A DNA stretch of 64,000 nt, taken from NCBI RefSeq assembly GCF_963921235.1, contig NC_086123.1:20522001-20586000 (forward strand), written 5' to 3'. Source of the stretch: Mobula hypostoma (Eukaryota). The position numbers were made by a program, and so were the translations under genes. Positions within the stretch are counted from its first letter, which is position 1, and every line of letters begins with the position of its first letter. The notes beneath the pieces were generated by a model, which saw only the letters and a list, made by a program, of their open reading frames with translations, did no database searches and was not told where the DNA came from. Below, in pieces: positions 47,576-60,028 of the stretch.

Positions 47576-49097
47576 CCCACAATGACTCTAACTGTAATAT
47601 ATTCTAATGTCCTGTTACCACTTTCTCAATAATAGACTGAAGTATTTTTGCCACTTATTTTATAAAACACTCTTTAAAAAGACTTGACATGCCTGGTCAC
47701 ATTTTGTATTCTGGTAATAACCCTGTAAGTTCTTCATGCCCAAGTAGCTCTCCAACCCTCTTAAAATTATGGAATCAGCTTTCACAAACTTTCAAAAGAA
47801 TAACAACACACTTTTCTTTTGGAACTTCCTGTCAATTATTTTAAATTATTGACTCATTTACCAGAAGGAGTAATTTACTGGGGGGGGGGGCGGGGTGAGA
47901 GAAAGAGAAGAGACTTCAATTAGGTCATTTTTTAGAAATTTACCTATAATCCTAATGCCAATAATTTCCTTTCTTTTCCTATATCCCAAGATGTGCTTGC
48001 ATAGTAAATCTTAGAACCTTAAGGATTCCAATTTTTTTACATCTTTCTTGAAAGACAAAGTCTAAAATTGTAACCAGTGATTCCTGTTAGTCTGGCATCC
48101 TTTCCTGCTCCATTCATATTTCTAAGTAACCCAAATGTGCTTTTTTTAAAACCAAGATACCTACATCCCTCCAATCTTTAAATACTCCAAATTTCCTCTG
48201 CCTATGACTTTACAAAAATCAAACCATTTACACTATACAAATCTTGTTTTAGAATGAAAATACCCAAAACACTACAATTCCCACACTTCTTAAAAATCAG
48301 GTAAAGTAAATCATAAAACATTGGAAAGTTCTAACAGGTGTTCACTGCAATATTATTTGTTACACAATTTCTGAACTTCATATTCACATGGTCATAGCAT
48401 CAACTGAGGAAGGGGCTGTATTGTTACATATAGTTTGAGTTTTAGCATTCATACTTAAATAAAAATTTCAGATACCTGTCAACAACTCTCACTTCATGAA
48501 TAACTTCAATAGAGCCCAGTTGATATTAGCATTTTATTTGCACTATTTTTTTAAATCAGCTAAATCTTTGCCAAACCTTTATTAATCTAAAAGCTTTCAA
48601 TTAATTCTTGCTTTTATACAATTTAGAAAATAATGTTTAAACACCAGAAATGTAAATCCTGTAACTAATATAATCAAACTAATTTCATGTTAGCGTTCCA
48701 ATACCAGTTACAGGAGCGGAATTTTTATCATTAATACGAGCAAGTAGCATATAAGTAGCATTAAATGATAACGTACTCTGATCCAACATATGCGATATGA
48801 GAGCATTAAATGAGAATCAAGACACAGCTTTAAACTTACCAAGGATAGCAGCTTTTTTTGTTAACTGAACACTGTTTAGGCACCAGATTTTGCAGATACA
48901 ATTACTAACACCAGCCATTAAGTAGAAGCTTTCAAGTAAACAACATATCAAGCAGTCAACTTTCAAATGAAAATTTCTTCAGAATGACACTGTTCTTTTA
49001 TTATATCCAAACCCAGTATAAAATCTTACAAGACAAGACAAAAACTTTGTACATCTTGCTGCGTGACATATTTGCATGACGTTTTGCATTTATAACA

Positions 49098-49160
49098 TTA
49101 CTGTCCTGGTGCTGATAAGCTCTTGTTCATGAATTGCTTCTTTATAAAGCACGTCCACCA
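49098..49160 (-). CDS. ARPC3: ARPC3 exon 7 (stop codon)
   Basis: [23 protein letters not shown]. Minus-strand AATAAA candidates at 48997-49002 and 48578-48583. Confidence 0.96.
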   Translation of the reverse strand, partial: WWTCFIKKQFMNKSLSAPGQ

Positions 49161-52100
49161 CTGGAAAAATCAAGAACAAAAAAAATCACTGATGTAACAT
49201 TAAATCACGGTGCATATAATCATATCTGAACTATTTCTGCTCTGTTCTAAAGTCTACCATACTATCCAATCCAAATTTCAACTTAATGTCAATTTTCCAC
49301 CATTACCTTCTAATCCAGAACCTGGAGTAAGTTTCAGTACTTATTACTCATTTCCCTCCTGAAAGTCACTTGCAAGTTTTCATTTAAAATTCTTTCATGG
49401 GATTTTGGCTTTGCAGGCTGAGTCAGCACCTTTGAGGTGGTGGCGGTGGTGAGCTGCCTTCCCGAACAGCTGCAGATCTTGAGGTCTAGCGAACCCTTAA
49501 TGCTGTCAGGGTGAGTGTTTCAGCACTTTCACCCAGAAGGAACAGGGATGTTTCCAAGTTAGGGCTTGGGGGCAACTCTAGGTGGTGGTACTCCCATGTC
49601 TATGCTGCCCTTGTCCTTCCAGCTGGTAGAGATCATGTATTTGAAAAGGTCCTGTAGGCCATCAAACCTGGCCTTTTTAATACCCTTGTAGTTTTCATGC
49701 AAACAGCTTCGATCTCTGCCTCAGGGACGTCACAAGTATATTCCATAACATAAATAATTCATTTTGCACTCATGATCTTAAAATCGGATTGAAGGAGATG
49801 AAGATAATCTGAACCAGCTGTACAATGTGTAAGCCAAGCAATCCAAAGCAGCAAAAATAAAACTGGAAACTTGCATCAAAACTGATTTTAATTCTAATCC
49901 AAATTCAATGCTCTAATTTTAATCAATCCAAAAGTGTTAAAGTATTATTGATTCTTAAGATTCAAGGTTGCTTAGTGTCATTTCCAGTGCACAAGTGTAA
50001 AGGAGAACAATATCATTGTTACTCCACATACAATTTTGCGTGCGCACACACATACACATATTAAGATAAACAACACAATAATAACAAAAACACAGTAAAT
50101 ACAAACAATAAGCTATCCTTTTGTATATACATGTACACAAGGTCCTGGCTTGGATGCTATGTTGCCTCTTCCTTGATAAGAATAGAACATGCAGTCCATC
50201 AGCAGGGCGGCTGGGCCCTTTCACAACACTGCCGGCCTTTCTCCAGCATCTTTCTGTTCACATGTCCTGGTAGGGAGGATGTGGTGTTGGTGATGTGTCC
50301 GGCAGCTTTGAGTACTTGTAGTAAATTCTTCCTGTCCAATGCAGTGCAGTTTCCATGCCCTGCAGTGATGCAGCATATTAGGATGCTCTCTACTGCGCAT
50401 CTGTAGCAGGTTGCAAGTACTGATAAGCATAATCCAGCTCTCTTCAGCCTCCTGAGAAAGCAGAGGCATTGGTGAGCTTTCTTGATTATGTAGGATGTGT
50501 TTTGGGACCATGAGAGGTTGTGCAAAATGTGCACTCCCGGGAGAGTGAAACAGCTCGCAGTTTCCACGGTTGTACTGCTCATGTAAAGAGGGGTGTGGGT
50601 GCTACGGGTTCTCCTGCAGTTGATAAACATCTCCTTTGACACTGAGGAAGAGGGTATTTGCCTGGCACCAGCCCTCGAGCTCTGCCACCTCCTCTTAAAG
50701 TTTCAATACTGCAATTTCCAACAAAATTCATCAACGTCTTAGATAATGTTTGCAAAGATTCTTACAAATAATTTAATTTTTAGTGCACGGAAAACCAGCA
50801 CTACAAGGTGATCCCAGGTGACACCTTTGGGCTCTGCTTACTGCAGATAACTTCAGCCTGGATTTGCTGGAGGAACCAGGGTGGCAGTGTGTGATAAGCT
50901 GTTGCTAGAAGGGCCAGGTTTAATAGCTTATATTTATGCAGCTAAGTGACTGACTATCACTAGAGAATTAAGTAACAAGTACCGAAACTGTAACCCATGC
51001 AATAGCAAAAATCACACACACAAAAAAAAAAATTAGGTCTGGATGGTGTGGCAGATTTTGGACCACTGCAGGCAATTTTTACATTAAACACAGATAAAAT
51101 GCCATGTTTTAAGTTGTTGTAAGACAGCAGCAATACACTTGCATGCCAGACAATACATTGCTCTTTAACCAAAGTACATCCCCAGATTATAAAAGGCCAC
51201 TGAATTATTTGTAAGGATAATATGTAACACAGTTTGAAAAGTGCAGGGCAAAACTTGTATGCATATGGTTGTTCCTCTCCATGTCTTGTAGCATCAGGCG
51301 GGAACCTTGCCGTTTCTTTAGTATTTGTCAGTTTTTTCTTAAAATGAGATCAGGTTGCTAGCTCGACACTCAGTCGAGCACAAATGGAAAGCGTGCGAGG
51401 AGCTGGCTGGATTTGAACCCGGGACCACTCTCCTCGTAGTCCACTGCAGATGCCAATACACCACCAGCATATAGATATCCTTAGCACACAAGAGATCAGT
51501 CTCATTTTAAATGAACCAGAAGACTGCAGTTAGTGGAAACATTCACAAAGTGTTGTTCTGAAAATTATTGTCAATTCCAGTAATAGCAGGGCAGAAAGCA
51601 CTTTGCTTTCACATTGTGTGCACACAACAGTACTTCGTTTAATGACATTCCCAAAAATGATAATCAATCAGCAAATGAAAAATAAAATAATAAAATTATT
51701 AGAGCCACTAAAAATATTCTGGAAGTTATATTAAATGTTACACTCTACATAATAATTTAACAATCAAGAAAGAAATAGGTTTCTTAAAAAACTTAATTGC
51801 TCATGATCATTCATGTATAGTATTTTGGCACTTCCCAATAATTCTTTTGACTTCACTGAATTATTAACATTTTTGGCGAATCCACTTTCAGAAGCAACAC
51901 CAGTTTAATCTGAGTAATGCTAGAACTCAGGAAACAGATGTCTCTGTTCAATAAACCACCTATTCAACAGAGAAACCACACACATTAACGCTACACAAAA
52001 TCTGCAAGCGGGTGTCATTTGAGAAGATAGTGAATAGGTTAAATTTAATAAACCACTGCTAGGACAGCAATGTTTAGTAGTTTTCAAATAGTTATTTTAT

Positions 52101-55100
52101 ACATTATTTAAAGCAGGATAGTTGAAAAACTGCAGATGCTTATAAACTAGTTCAAATTTGAAAGGACAGCATGAAATTTCTGCATTGGAATGCAATTTTA
52201 AACATCTTGACTCACACAACTGCCACTGGTGGGTGTTATTACACTTTTGCTTTGCTTTTTTATCAACAAGGTAAATCATATGCCAATATGTGTGTTTTAA
52301 CCAACTGCTTGAAAGATTTCAGTTTAGACTCAGAGGTACACTCCTCCCAGGATAACACAGTTATTCAATATTCTTCTCCTGGCCCAAACAAAATGCAGCA
52401 TGCTGTTATAAACTGAAAAATCCAGGCAAGTTTAATGATAAGACCAGGAGATTTTTTCTAGTGATGAGTCTTAATAAACATTTTAAAACCATCAGCTGTG
52501 ATTAAACTTTACTGGACATTATTTATTGTTTTAATGTGTTTATAAGAGAATGAAATCCTTTCTTAAAAGTCACAACTAGATCCCTTACCTTGCTGGGCTT
52601 GTCAGTCTGTTGATCAAACACTTTTTCACAAAGTCTCAGTCCAGTTTCTTGCCTGATCTGCTGCAAGTAAGCCCTCATCATTTCTGTAAAAGTAACCAGA
52701 ATTTTCAGGATCTGGAACAAATCTGTTCTCAGGACTTGTACTATACGGCAATAAACTGGAACAACTGTCTAGCTATTTTTAGAAGGAGCAACTTCTGCAC
52801 AGGCACAACTGATAAACCAGTACCTTCATACTGTGAAATAATTTCTAAATCCCAATGAGGTGTAGTTAGACTATTCAAAGCATTTAAAATATAATTTTGA
52901 TCAACTTCATTACTAATATCGTTTCCACGTACCATCTTCCTGCTTGTGTCCAGGCTTTGCATACATAGCATTGAGGGGAAACCCTGGCTCTCCAGGAATG
53001 GGAAAGTTGGTTATTCCCAAGGTGTACATTTCTTTCTCCCCTTGACTTTTGGAGTTACACTATGTTGAGGGAAAATATAAAAACAAAATGATCAAGTCCT
53101 CAAAGATGAAAATAAGTCGGACTGTTTTACATTACAAAGAAAACTATCCAACAACTTGACAACTGATTACGAAACGACATCAGCAACCACAGCGGTAAAG
53201 AGTTCCTGGGGTTGTTCTAACTTTAACCTAGATAGAAGGAAGTGATCAATTTTCAAACAAATGCCTCACAATACAGAGCCATTTCAACTTCTGTTCCGCC
53301 TAATAGAAATCACTTCCTGATGTTATGAAGCAGTTCACGAATCGCATCATCTCAAGCAGCAATACAGAAGTTAAGCTGTGTAAACTGCCCATACCTTATA
53401 AGGGCAAAGCAAAGAAAAATGAAGCACACATCAGTGCTCCCTACCTTTTGCAGCTTTTTCAGGCATTCAGTGATGTAAAGGGTGATATAAATTAAGGTTC
53501 TATCAGCTTCATTCTGTAATAAAAGCACCAGAGTGTTAGATAAATATGGTGCACAGTGTTGAAATAGAAACATATAGTGTATGTATCACTGTTTAATTAA
53601 TTCCTGGCTGATCTGTATTTTAACTTCATCGCCCTGCCTTAATTCAGTGACCTTTACTTGCAATGTCTAAGGAAAACCATTCATAGTTTGTGGATTTTCA
53701 TTTAATCTAATCAAGAGCTGCAGATGATTTTATTTTTATAACAACTTACTGTACTCAAGATACACATTAAACAGGACATTCTTAGTAGATATATTTACTG
53801 GTTAAATCTCCAAAATGATTCAACACAAAATGTAAAATGACTTAGAAAGTTTTGTACCAGCTGTTAGACTAAGTAACAGAGGGTTACTCTGTATAACAAA
53901 TGTACTTTGGCCTTATGGCATGTAGTCTTATTATGTCCCTTTTCCAGTTTGTTTCTTTTTCCCTGCTTTTGATGCCCACATTGTAGAGGGTTTTTAATTT
54001 TACATCAGTAACAGAACAAGGAGAAGTCATAGTCATACTTTATTGATCCCGGGGGAAATTAGTTTTTGTTATAGTTGCACCATAAATAATAAATAGTAAT
54101 AAAACCATAAATAGTTAAATAGTAATATGTAAATTATGCCAGGAAATAAGTCCAGGACCAGCCTATTGGCTCAGGGTGTCTGACCCTCCAAGGGAGGAGT
54201 TGTAAAGTTTGATGGCCACAGGCAGGAATGACTTCCTATGACGCTCTGTGCTGCATCTCGGTGGAATGAGTCTCTGGCTGAATGTACTCCCGTGCCCAAC
54301 CAGTACATTATGTAGTGGATGGGAGACATTGTCCAAGATGGCATGCAACTTGGACAGCATCCTCTTTTCAGACACCACCGTGAGAGAGTGATTCACCCTC
54401 AGACTTCTATGCTTCTTAGGATTCTAACTTGGCTTCTTCCCACCCTGATCTCAGGAAATCATAATGAACAACAGCCAGTGCAAAACCAAATTCCCTCATT
54501 TTACATCAAAGTGAATTCACTCTTATCATACTCTATAATTTCCATTATTCCCTTCAATACTTTGCAGATATGACAATTTTCTAAGTTGGCAAGAAGAGGA
54601 ACTTACCTTTATTTCATAGTTTTTAAAGAAAACATTTGCCTTAAAATAGTAGATAGCTTCATCAATTACATCAGTATCTTTGGCTGGAAGAGAAAAGTAG
54701 CAATGCAACAATAATCAATAGGCATGCCAGTATCCCCGAAGCCAATAATTAATCATTTTTGTCCTCCCCAACCTGAATTCTACTAAAGCAGAATACCCCA
54801 ACAGCTAATTAGCATTCTCTTTATTAGCAAACTAAAGAAGAAAATATACTGAGAGAATACGAAAGAGTGAACACATTACTAGGATTCATAGTTTGGTTTC
54901 CACAGTTCCATTGCCCCCTAAGAATGCAAGATATTCCCTAACCTACTTATTGCTTTAAACTGAGTGAATTCAGTACTCTTTTAATAATATGAAACAAGTC
55001 CTCACAGGAGATGAAAACTGCATTTTTGATTACTTTTAGATTCAAAAGGCACTTGTGCACAATAATCGTTTCCAGATAATTTCTTCACCCAGGCATGCTC

Positions 55101-56257
55101 ACATCTTTCTAGTGAGGCTAGGAAGAACAATTCACTTCATAACCATGCCTTACTTTCTCTAAGGAAATTAGTAAAGACTGCTGCTAACACCACTATTACC
55201 AAGTTTAGACAACAACAAGATTACTTGCCTTGTAGTTTCTCAAAATATTACCAATCATTGTCTTCAATTTGTTTAAATTATTAGGTTCTCCGAGAATGAA
55301 AGACTTGCACTCAATAAATGTAGCGTCATGTTCTCGATGTGTTACTACAGTAACAAATTAGTAATGCATATCTGGACAAATGCCCTGTGGCTCAGAAACT
55401 TTAAGAGCAATACACTGCCATACATATGCTTAAAATCTATGCATGCATATAATGTTTTGTTTGTAAAAGAACAATGATGTTTGTTGGCCAACAAGTCTTT
55501 TATTATCTTAATCAGGATGACGCCAAAGACAGATTTGTCTGCATTGCATGCAATATTTTATGTATGTGGCTATAACTTCTTGTCGGTAGCTTTAATTTCC
55601 TGTTTGCAGCATGAGCGTTTAGAAATTACTGCACACTTGCCTCGCCCTCACTAGGAACTACCTCAAAAATAACTTTACAGTTATTAAACAGAGTTAGATT
55701 ACAACACTAACATTTATCTGTATTCTTTAAGCACAACGCTACAAGTGCATAAGAGCACTGCACTGAAATTATGAAGTTCAAAACTTACTTTCCTTTGGAG
55801 CTGGTCCTTTGAATTGAGTTTTCAGCGGCAATAATGCCATATTTCCAATTAGTTTTACATCATGGTCCATGAGGGTTGAATGATAAGCCTGAGGAGGAAA
55901 ACAACGATTTGCATTCGTCTTGAATGTTCAAAATTCATATTCCCAAATTACGACACGGGAGATTTTTTTTTATCGATCTCAAGACGCAGAATAACCCAAA
56001 TAAAGATGCAGGATATCAGCAGTTAATATTATGAATCTGCATTCATTCATTTCAGAGCGATAAAGGCGAAGGCACACACAAAAAAGGCTCCCAAAATAAT
56101 TTTAACATTGTTTAGGCCTCACTGGCCTACTTCCTGATCTCTCGCATTTATTTATTTGACATTTCGGTGTGACGGATTAACATACAGTCACGGCAGCTTA
56201 AATATAGTGCAATAAGCACAAATAAAACACAAAATGATATGTAAAACTTACCGGCAT
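49098..56257 (-). CDS. ARPC3: Actin-related protein 2/3 complex subunit 3 (p21-Arc), complete, 178 aa, 7 coding exons
   Basis: Exons 56252-56257, 55789-55888, 54607-54683, 53445-53513, 52933-53059, 52589-52683 and 49098-49160 (6+100+77+69+127+95+63 = 537 nt). [84 protein letters not shown]...[24 protein letters not shown]. Confidence 0.97.
49958..50695 (-). mobile_element. Rex1/Babar-type LINE 3' fragment
   Basis: ORF 50199..50642 ([17 protein letters not shown]...[14 protein letters not shown]). Confidence 0.78.
51290..51468 (-). mobile_element. tRNA-derived SINE
   Basis: Minus-strand head GCTGGTGGTGTATTGGCATC...GGGTTCAAATCC carries Pol III A and B boxes. Homologous to 63190-63420. Confidence 0.7.
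52589..52683 (-). CDS. ARPC3: ARPC3 exon 6
   Basis: [32 protein letters not shown]; 95 nt. Confidence 0.96.
52933..53059 (-). CDS. ARPC3: ARPC3 exon 5
   Basis: [42 protein letters not shown]; 127 nt. Confidence 0.96.
53445..53513 (-). CDS. ARPC3: ARPC3 exon 4
   Basis: [23 protein letters not shown]; 69 nt. Confidence 0.96.
54025..54390 (-). mobile_element. Rex1-like LINE extreme 3' fragment
   Basis: ORF 54163..54396 ([16 protein letters not shown]...[17 protein letters not shown]), AATAAA and (ATGACT)n tail on the minus strand. Confidence 0.7.
54607..54683 (-). CDS. ARPC3: ARPC3 exon 3
   Basis: [25 protein letters not shown]; 77 nt. Confidence 0.96.
55789..55888 (-). CDS. ARPC3: ARPC3 exon 2
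   Basis: [33 protein letters not shown]; 100 nt. Confidence 0.96.
56252..56257 (-). CDS. ARPC3: ARPC3 coding exon 1 (ATG CCG)
   Basis: ATG CCG|gtaagt, next to a CpG-rich promoter. Confidence 0.9.
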
Positions 56258-56294
56258 TTTAGAAATTTCAATAGAGCAACCAAATATTTCTGTC

Positions 56295-56430
56295 AGATTC
56301 TCTCGCTTCCGCTAGTCCCACCCTACCGGCTACGAGCACGTCCGGCCCCGGGAGCGAGCACGTCACTCCTACCACGTGACGCGCGGAGACGCCGCTCTGC
56401 GTTTGCGCGAAGGACAATTTTGTTCAAAGT
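56295..56430 (-). promoter_or_regulatory. ARPC3 CpG-rich proximal promoter
   Basis: CpG-dense patch. E-box/CLEAR-like CACGTGAC at 56373-56380, CRE-like CACGTCAC near 56359-56366, ETS-type CTTCCG near 56306-56311. Confidence 0.7.
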
Positions 56431-56506
56431 TGGGTCAGCTCGCTTTAGGATGTTTGGAGCGTTGTGTCCGTTTTATATGAAGTGCGCAGATAATACTGTA
56501 CGGGTT

Positions 56507-57851
56507 TGGTAAATGCATTTAACTGTCATGTAATGGAAAAGTATAGTGATTATATTCACATTTATACGGATGGTGCGAAGGAACTTGAAACAGGCGTGAC
56601 AGGGTTTGGGGTGGTAATACCAGCAAAAGAAATTGGAATCAGCAGAAGAACATCTGATAAGTTAGGGGTGTTTACAGTGGAGATGCTGGCAGTGTTGGTT
56701 GCGTTACAATGGGTGCAGAAAGCCAGACAATTCAAAGCATTGATAAGCTCAGATTCATCCTCAGTTCTAGCAAGTTTAAGGTCTTTTCACACAAACAGTC
56801 AGCAAGATGTACTTTATGAAGTCCTTCAGTTAGTCGCAAGAATTGCAAATCAGGGAGGTCAGGTAAAATTTCTATGGGTTCCAGCACATGTAGGGGTGAA
56901 GGGGAATGAGAGGGTGGATGAGTTGGCAAAGAGGGCGTTAAAGAAAGAAAACATAGAAATGCACATTAGTATCAGTAAAGCAGAGGTTAAGTGTGTAATC
57001 TGGGAAAAAAATCAACCGAATGTGGCAAGAAAGATGGGACAGGGAGGGGAAAGGGAGGCATTTATATCAAATGCAAAAAAGTGTTGCAGGTACTAGGGTA
57101 GGTAGTGGAAACAGAAGAGAGGAAATTGTGTGGACTAGGTTAAGGCTGGGACATTGTGCATTAAACAAAACATTGAAAATGATAGGGAAACACCAGACAG
57201 GATTGTGTGAGGAATGTCAGGAAGAGGAGTCAGTAGAACATGTAGTTTTGTGTTGCAGGAAGTATAGGATACAGAGAGAGATGATGAGAATTAAACTAAG
57301 GGAATTGGTGGTGCAGGAATTCACATTAAAAGGGTTGCTGGGTATGGGTGAGAGAGAGCACAGGTTAGGGTATTTTTAGCTTTCTTAAGGGTTACAGGGT
57401 TTTTTATAGGATATGACGGATAAACCAGGAATAGGGTACTAGGATGGCCAAATATGGGNNNNNNNNNNNNNNNNNNNNNNNNNNNNNNNNNNNNNNNNNN
57501 NNNNNNNNNNNNNNNNNNNNNNNNNNNNNNNNNNNNNNNNNNNNNNNNNNNNNNNNNNNNNNNNNNNNNNNNNNNNNNNNNNNNNNNNNNNNNNNNNNNN
57601 NNNNNNNNNNNNNNNNNNNNNNNNNNNNNNNNNNNNNNNNNNNNNNNNNNNNNNNNNNNNNNNNNNNNNNNNNNNNNNNNNNNNNNNNNNNNNNNNNNNN
57701 NNNNNNNNNNNNNNNNNNNNNNNNNNNNNNNNNNNNNNNNNNNNNNNNNNNNNNNNNNNNNGAATGTACGTCTATTGCACACTCCGGAGCAGAAGGTGGC
57801 AGTAATGCACCATTAAGCTGGGTGCCAACCGCCATAAAACGAGACAGACAG
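56507..57851 (+). mobile_element. 5'-truncated I/Nimb-clade LINE (RNase H plus zinc knuckle) with 15-bp TSD, spanning the assembly gap
   Basis: ORF 56506..57096 (IYTDGAK...EMLAV...SDS...WVPAHVGVKGNERVDELAK) is a non-LTR RNase H. It frameshifts at the A-run near 57005-57011 into ORF 57020..57379 (RLRLGH...CEEC...ESVEHVVLCC). 3' end GGTGGCAGTAATGCACC...CCGCCATAAAA plus (GACA)n. TSD AATACTGTACGGGTT (56492-56506) and AATATTGTACGGGTT (57852-57866). Confidence 0.88.
57459..57761. other. Assembly gap (303 N)
   Basis: Run of N. Confidence 1.
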
Positions 57852-58579
57852 AATATTGTACGGGTTATCCACAATGACTTCACATTCAGTTCTTGCACAA
57901 GGTCTTCACTGTGAAACGTCGCCTCTTTCTCGCTCCACAGATGCTGCCTGACCTGCTGTGTATTTGTTTTATATGTAATTCATTTTCATGGTTCCCCGGA
58001 TCACTCTTACTGCTTGTAGAAAAAGGTATTTACCTTTAACGCCCTAGCACCTCCGCAAATATTGTGCTTTGGTCTACATCTGCCAAGAGTTTTTGGAATA
58101 ACCTTCGAAATCTTTAACTATATTTGTTGTTTAAGAACTAAGCCAGTGGCAAAACTGTATCAGTCTCCGCCATTCCCTTGGATTCATCAGCTGCAATGGA
58201 GAGGGGGAGCTTGCTGTATGGATAACAGTTCACTCTCCATATTGTCCTGTTCTGGTTTGCGTATCACGTAGACAGTAGGGACGCAGCATCCATGGTCGAC
58301 CCCGACCAACGCCAAGACTCAAAGAACTAGGCTCCTACCAGAATGAAGATGGCACTTGAACTATGCAATTCCCTCTCGTTAACCACCCCTACTCTGACTG
58401 AGTCACTGGAGGCTGAAGTGGCCTTATTCGTCACAAGGATGCATTCTGTTGAAGTAACTCTGCATGGAATCTCTTCTTTTCTTTTCCAATCTTTTTACTA
58501 ATATCAAAATGTTAAACATAACATAGTATTAATACAAAGCTATTGGGATTACATTGTTAATAATTAGCATATATAAATA

Positions 58580-58730
58580 TAAACTCAGTGAAAAAAGTTC
58601 ACTCTTATTAAGGTTCAATTTATAACAAGAAAAATTACTAAACTGAGCCAACAAGGATAAAACTGCAGGAATGGATTTCTCAGGATTGGAAATATATAAG
58701 AAATCGTCTGCATATAAACTCTGCAAAGAA
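58580..58730 (-). mobile_element. L1-clade RT fragment
   Basis: SLYADDFLYISNPEKSIPAVLSLLAQFSNFSCYKLNLNKSELF (YADD motif). Confidence 0.75.
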
Positions 58731-59487
58731 TCTCCCACTCAAAATATATATTCACACCTTCAAGAACAAAGATAGCAGAGATTCAATACAATTTTGAATA
58801 GCTACAATAACACTGTTTACTTCAATATTCAGAATGACAAATGGTTCCATTGTATTACATATTTACAGTGGAAACATTGAAATCAACAAGACACCTTTGA
58901 ATGTCCAGATACCTTTGCTGGGACAAGTATTTCACAGGGATGTTCGAAAAGCTTCTGTGGATAGAGAACCCAGTCAACAGTATTTGTAGTTCTATTTGTC
59001 CTCCAGTTCCAAGGTCCTACATCATAAATAACCTGGTTAAAAAAATTACTGCAGCCATTTAGCTATCTCTTCCTGACTAAGTTAAGTCCCCTCCCTGGAC
59101 AGTATTCAGCACTCGAGTGGCAGAATATCACAGCTCATAGGGTGAAGCCTTGTAGTTACACTGATCTACCTCAATGACTTCTGGCATTTGCAGCTTGTTG
59201 TGACTGTGGGTTTTGTCTAGATGTCCCAGTTTCCTCTCACGTCACAAAACAGTCTCTGAGTGTGTGAGTTTAAAGGGAGGGATGGTACAAGGTGAATGTG
59301 GGAGAATAAACTTAGGGTAGGATTAATGAAATGAGCAATGTTTGATTATTAGTCTGAAGGGCCTCTTTCCGTGCTGTATTTCACAAAGATTCCCACAATC
59401 ATCACATCCCCCCCAAAACAGGGGTTTCCAATCTGGAGTCCATGGACCCCTCCGTAAATGATAGGGGTCCAAGGTATTAAAAAAAAG

Positions 59488-60028
59488 ACCATATGACATG
59501 GGAGCAGAATTAGGCTATTCAGCCCATCAAGTCTGCTCTGCCATTCCATCACGGCTGATCCTGGATCCCACTCAACCCCATATACCTGCCTTCTTGCCAT
59601 ATCCTTTGATGCTCTGACCGATCAGGAATCAATCAACTTCTGCCTTAAATATACCCAGACTTGGCCTCCGCGGCAATCTGTGGCAGAGCATTCCACATAT
59701 TCATTACTCTCTGGCTAAAAAAAATACCTATTTGCCTCTGTTCTAAAGGGCCGCCCCTCGATTTTGAGGCTGTGCCCGCTAGTTCTGGATACCCCCCACC
59801 ATACGAAACATCCTCTCCACATCCACCCTACCTAGTCCTTTCAACATTCGGTAAGTTTCAATGAGATCCCCACACCCCGGCGTTTTTCTAAATTCTGGTG
59901 AGTACAGGCCCAAAGCTGCTTAATGCTCCTTATATGTTAACCCCTTCATTCCTGGAATTATCCTTGTGAACCTCCTCTGGACTCTTCCCAATCAGATATG
60001 AGCCCAAACTGTTGACCCCTGCTCCAAA
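59488..60028 (-). mobile_element. CR1 LINE 3' fragment
   Basis: CR1-type 3' end (GGAGCAGAATTAGGCTATTCAGCCCATC on +). Minus strand encodes a QRRFTRIIPGMK-like motif. Confidence 0.75.

Noticed and set aside
51395-51468. tRNA gene
   Set aside because: A and B boxes are present but there is no convincing cloverleaf, and it continues into a body shared with 63190-63420, so it is a SINE head.
57321-57914. ORFs containing long X runs
   Set aside because: Artefacts of translating the N gap.
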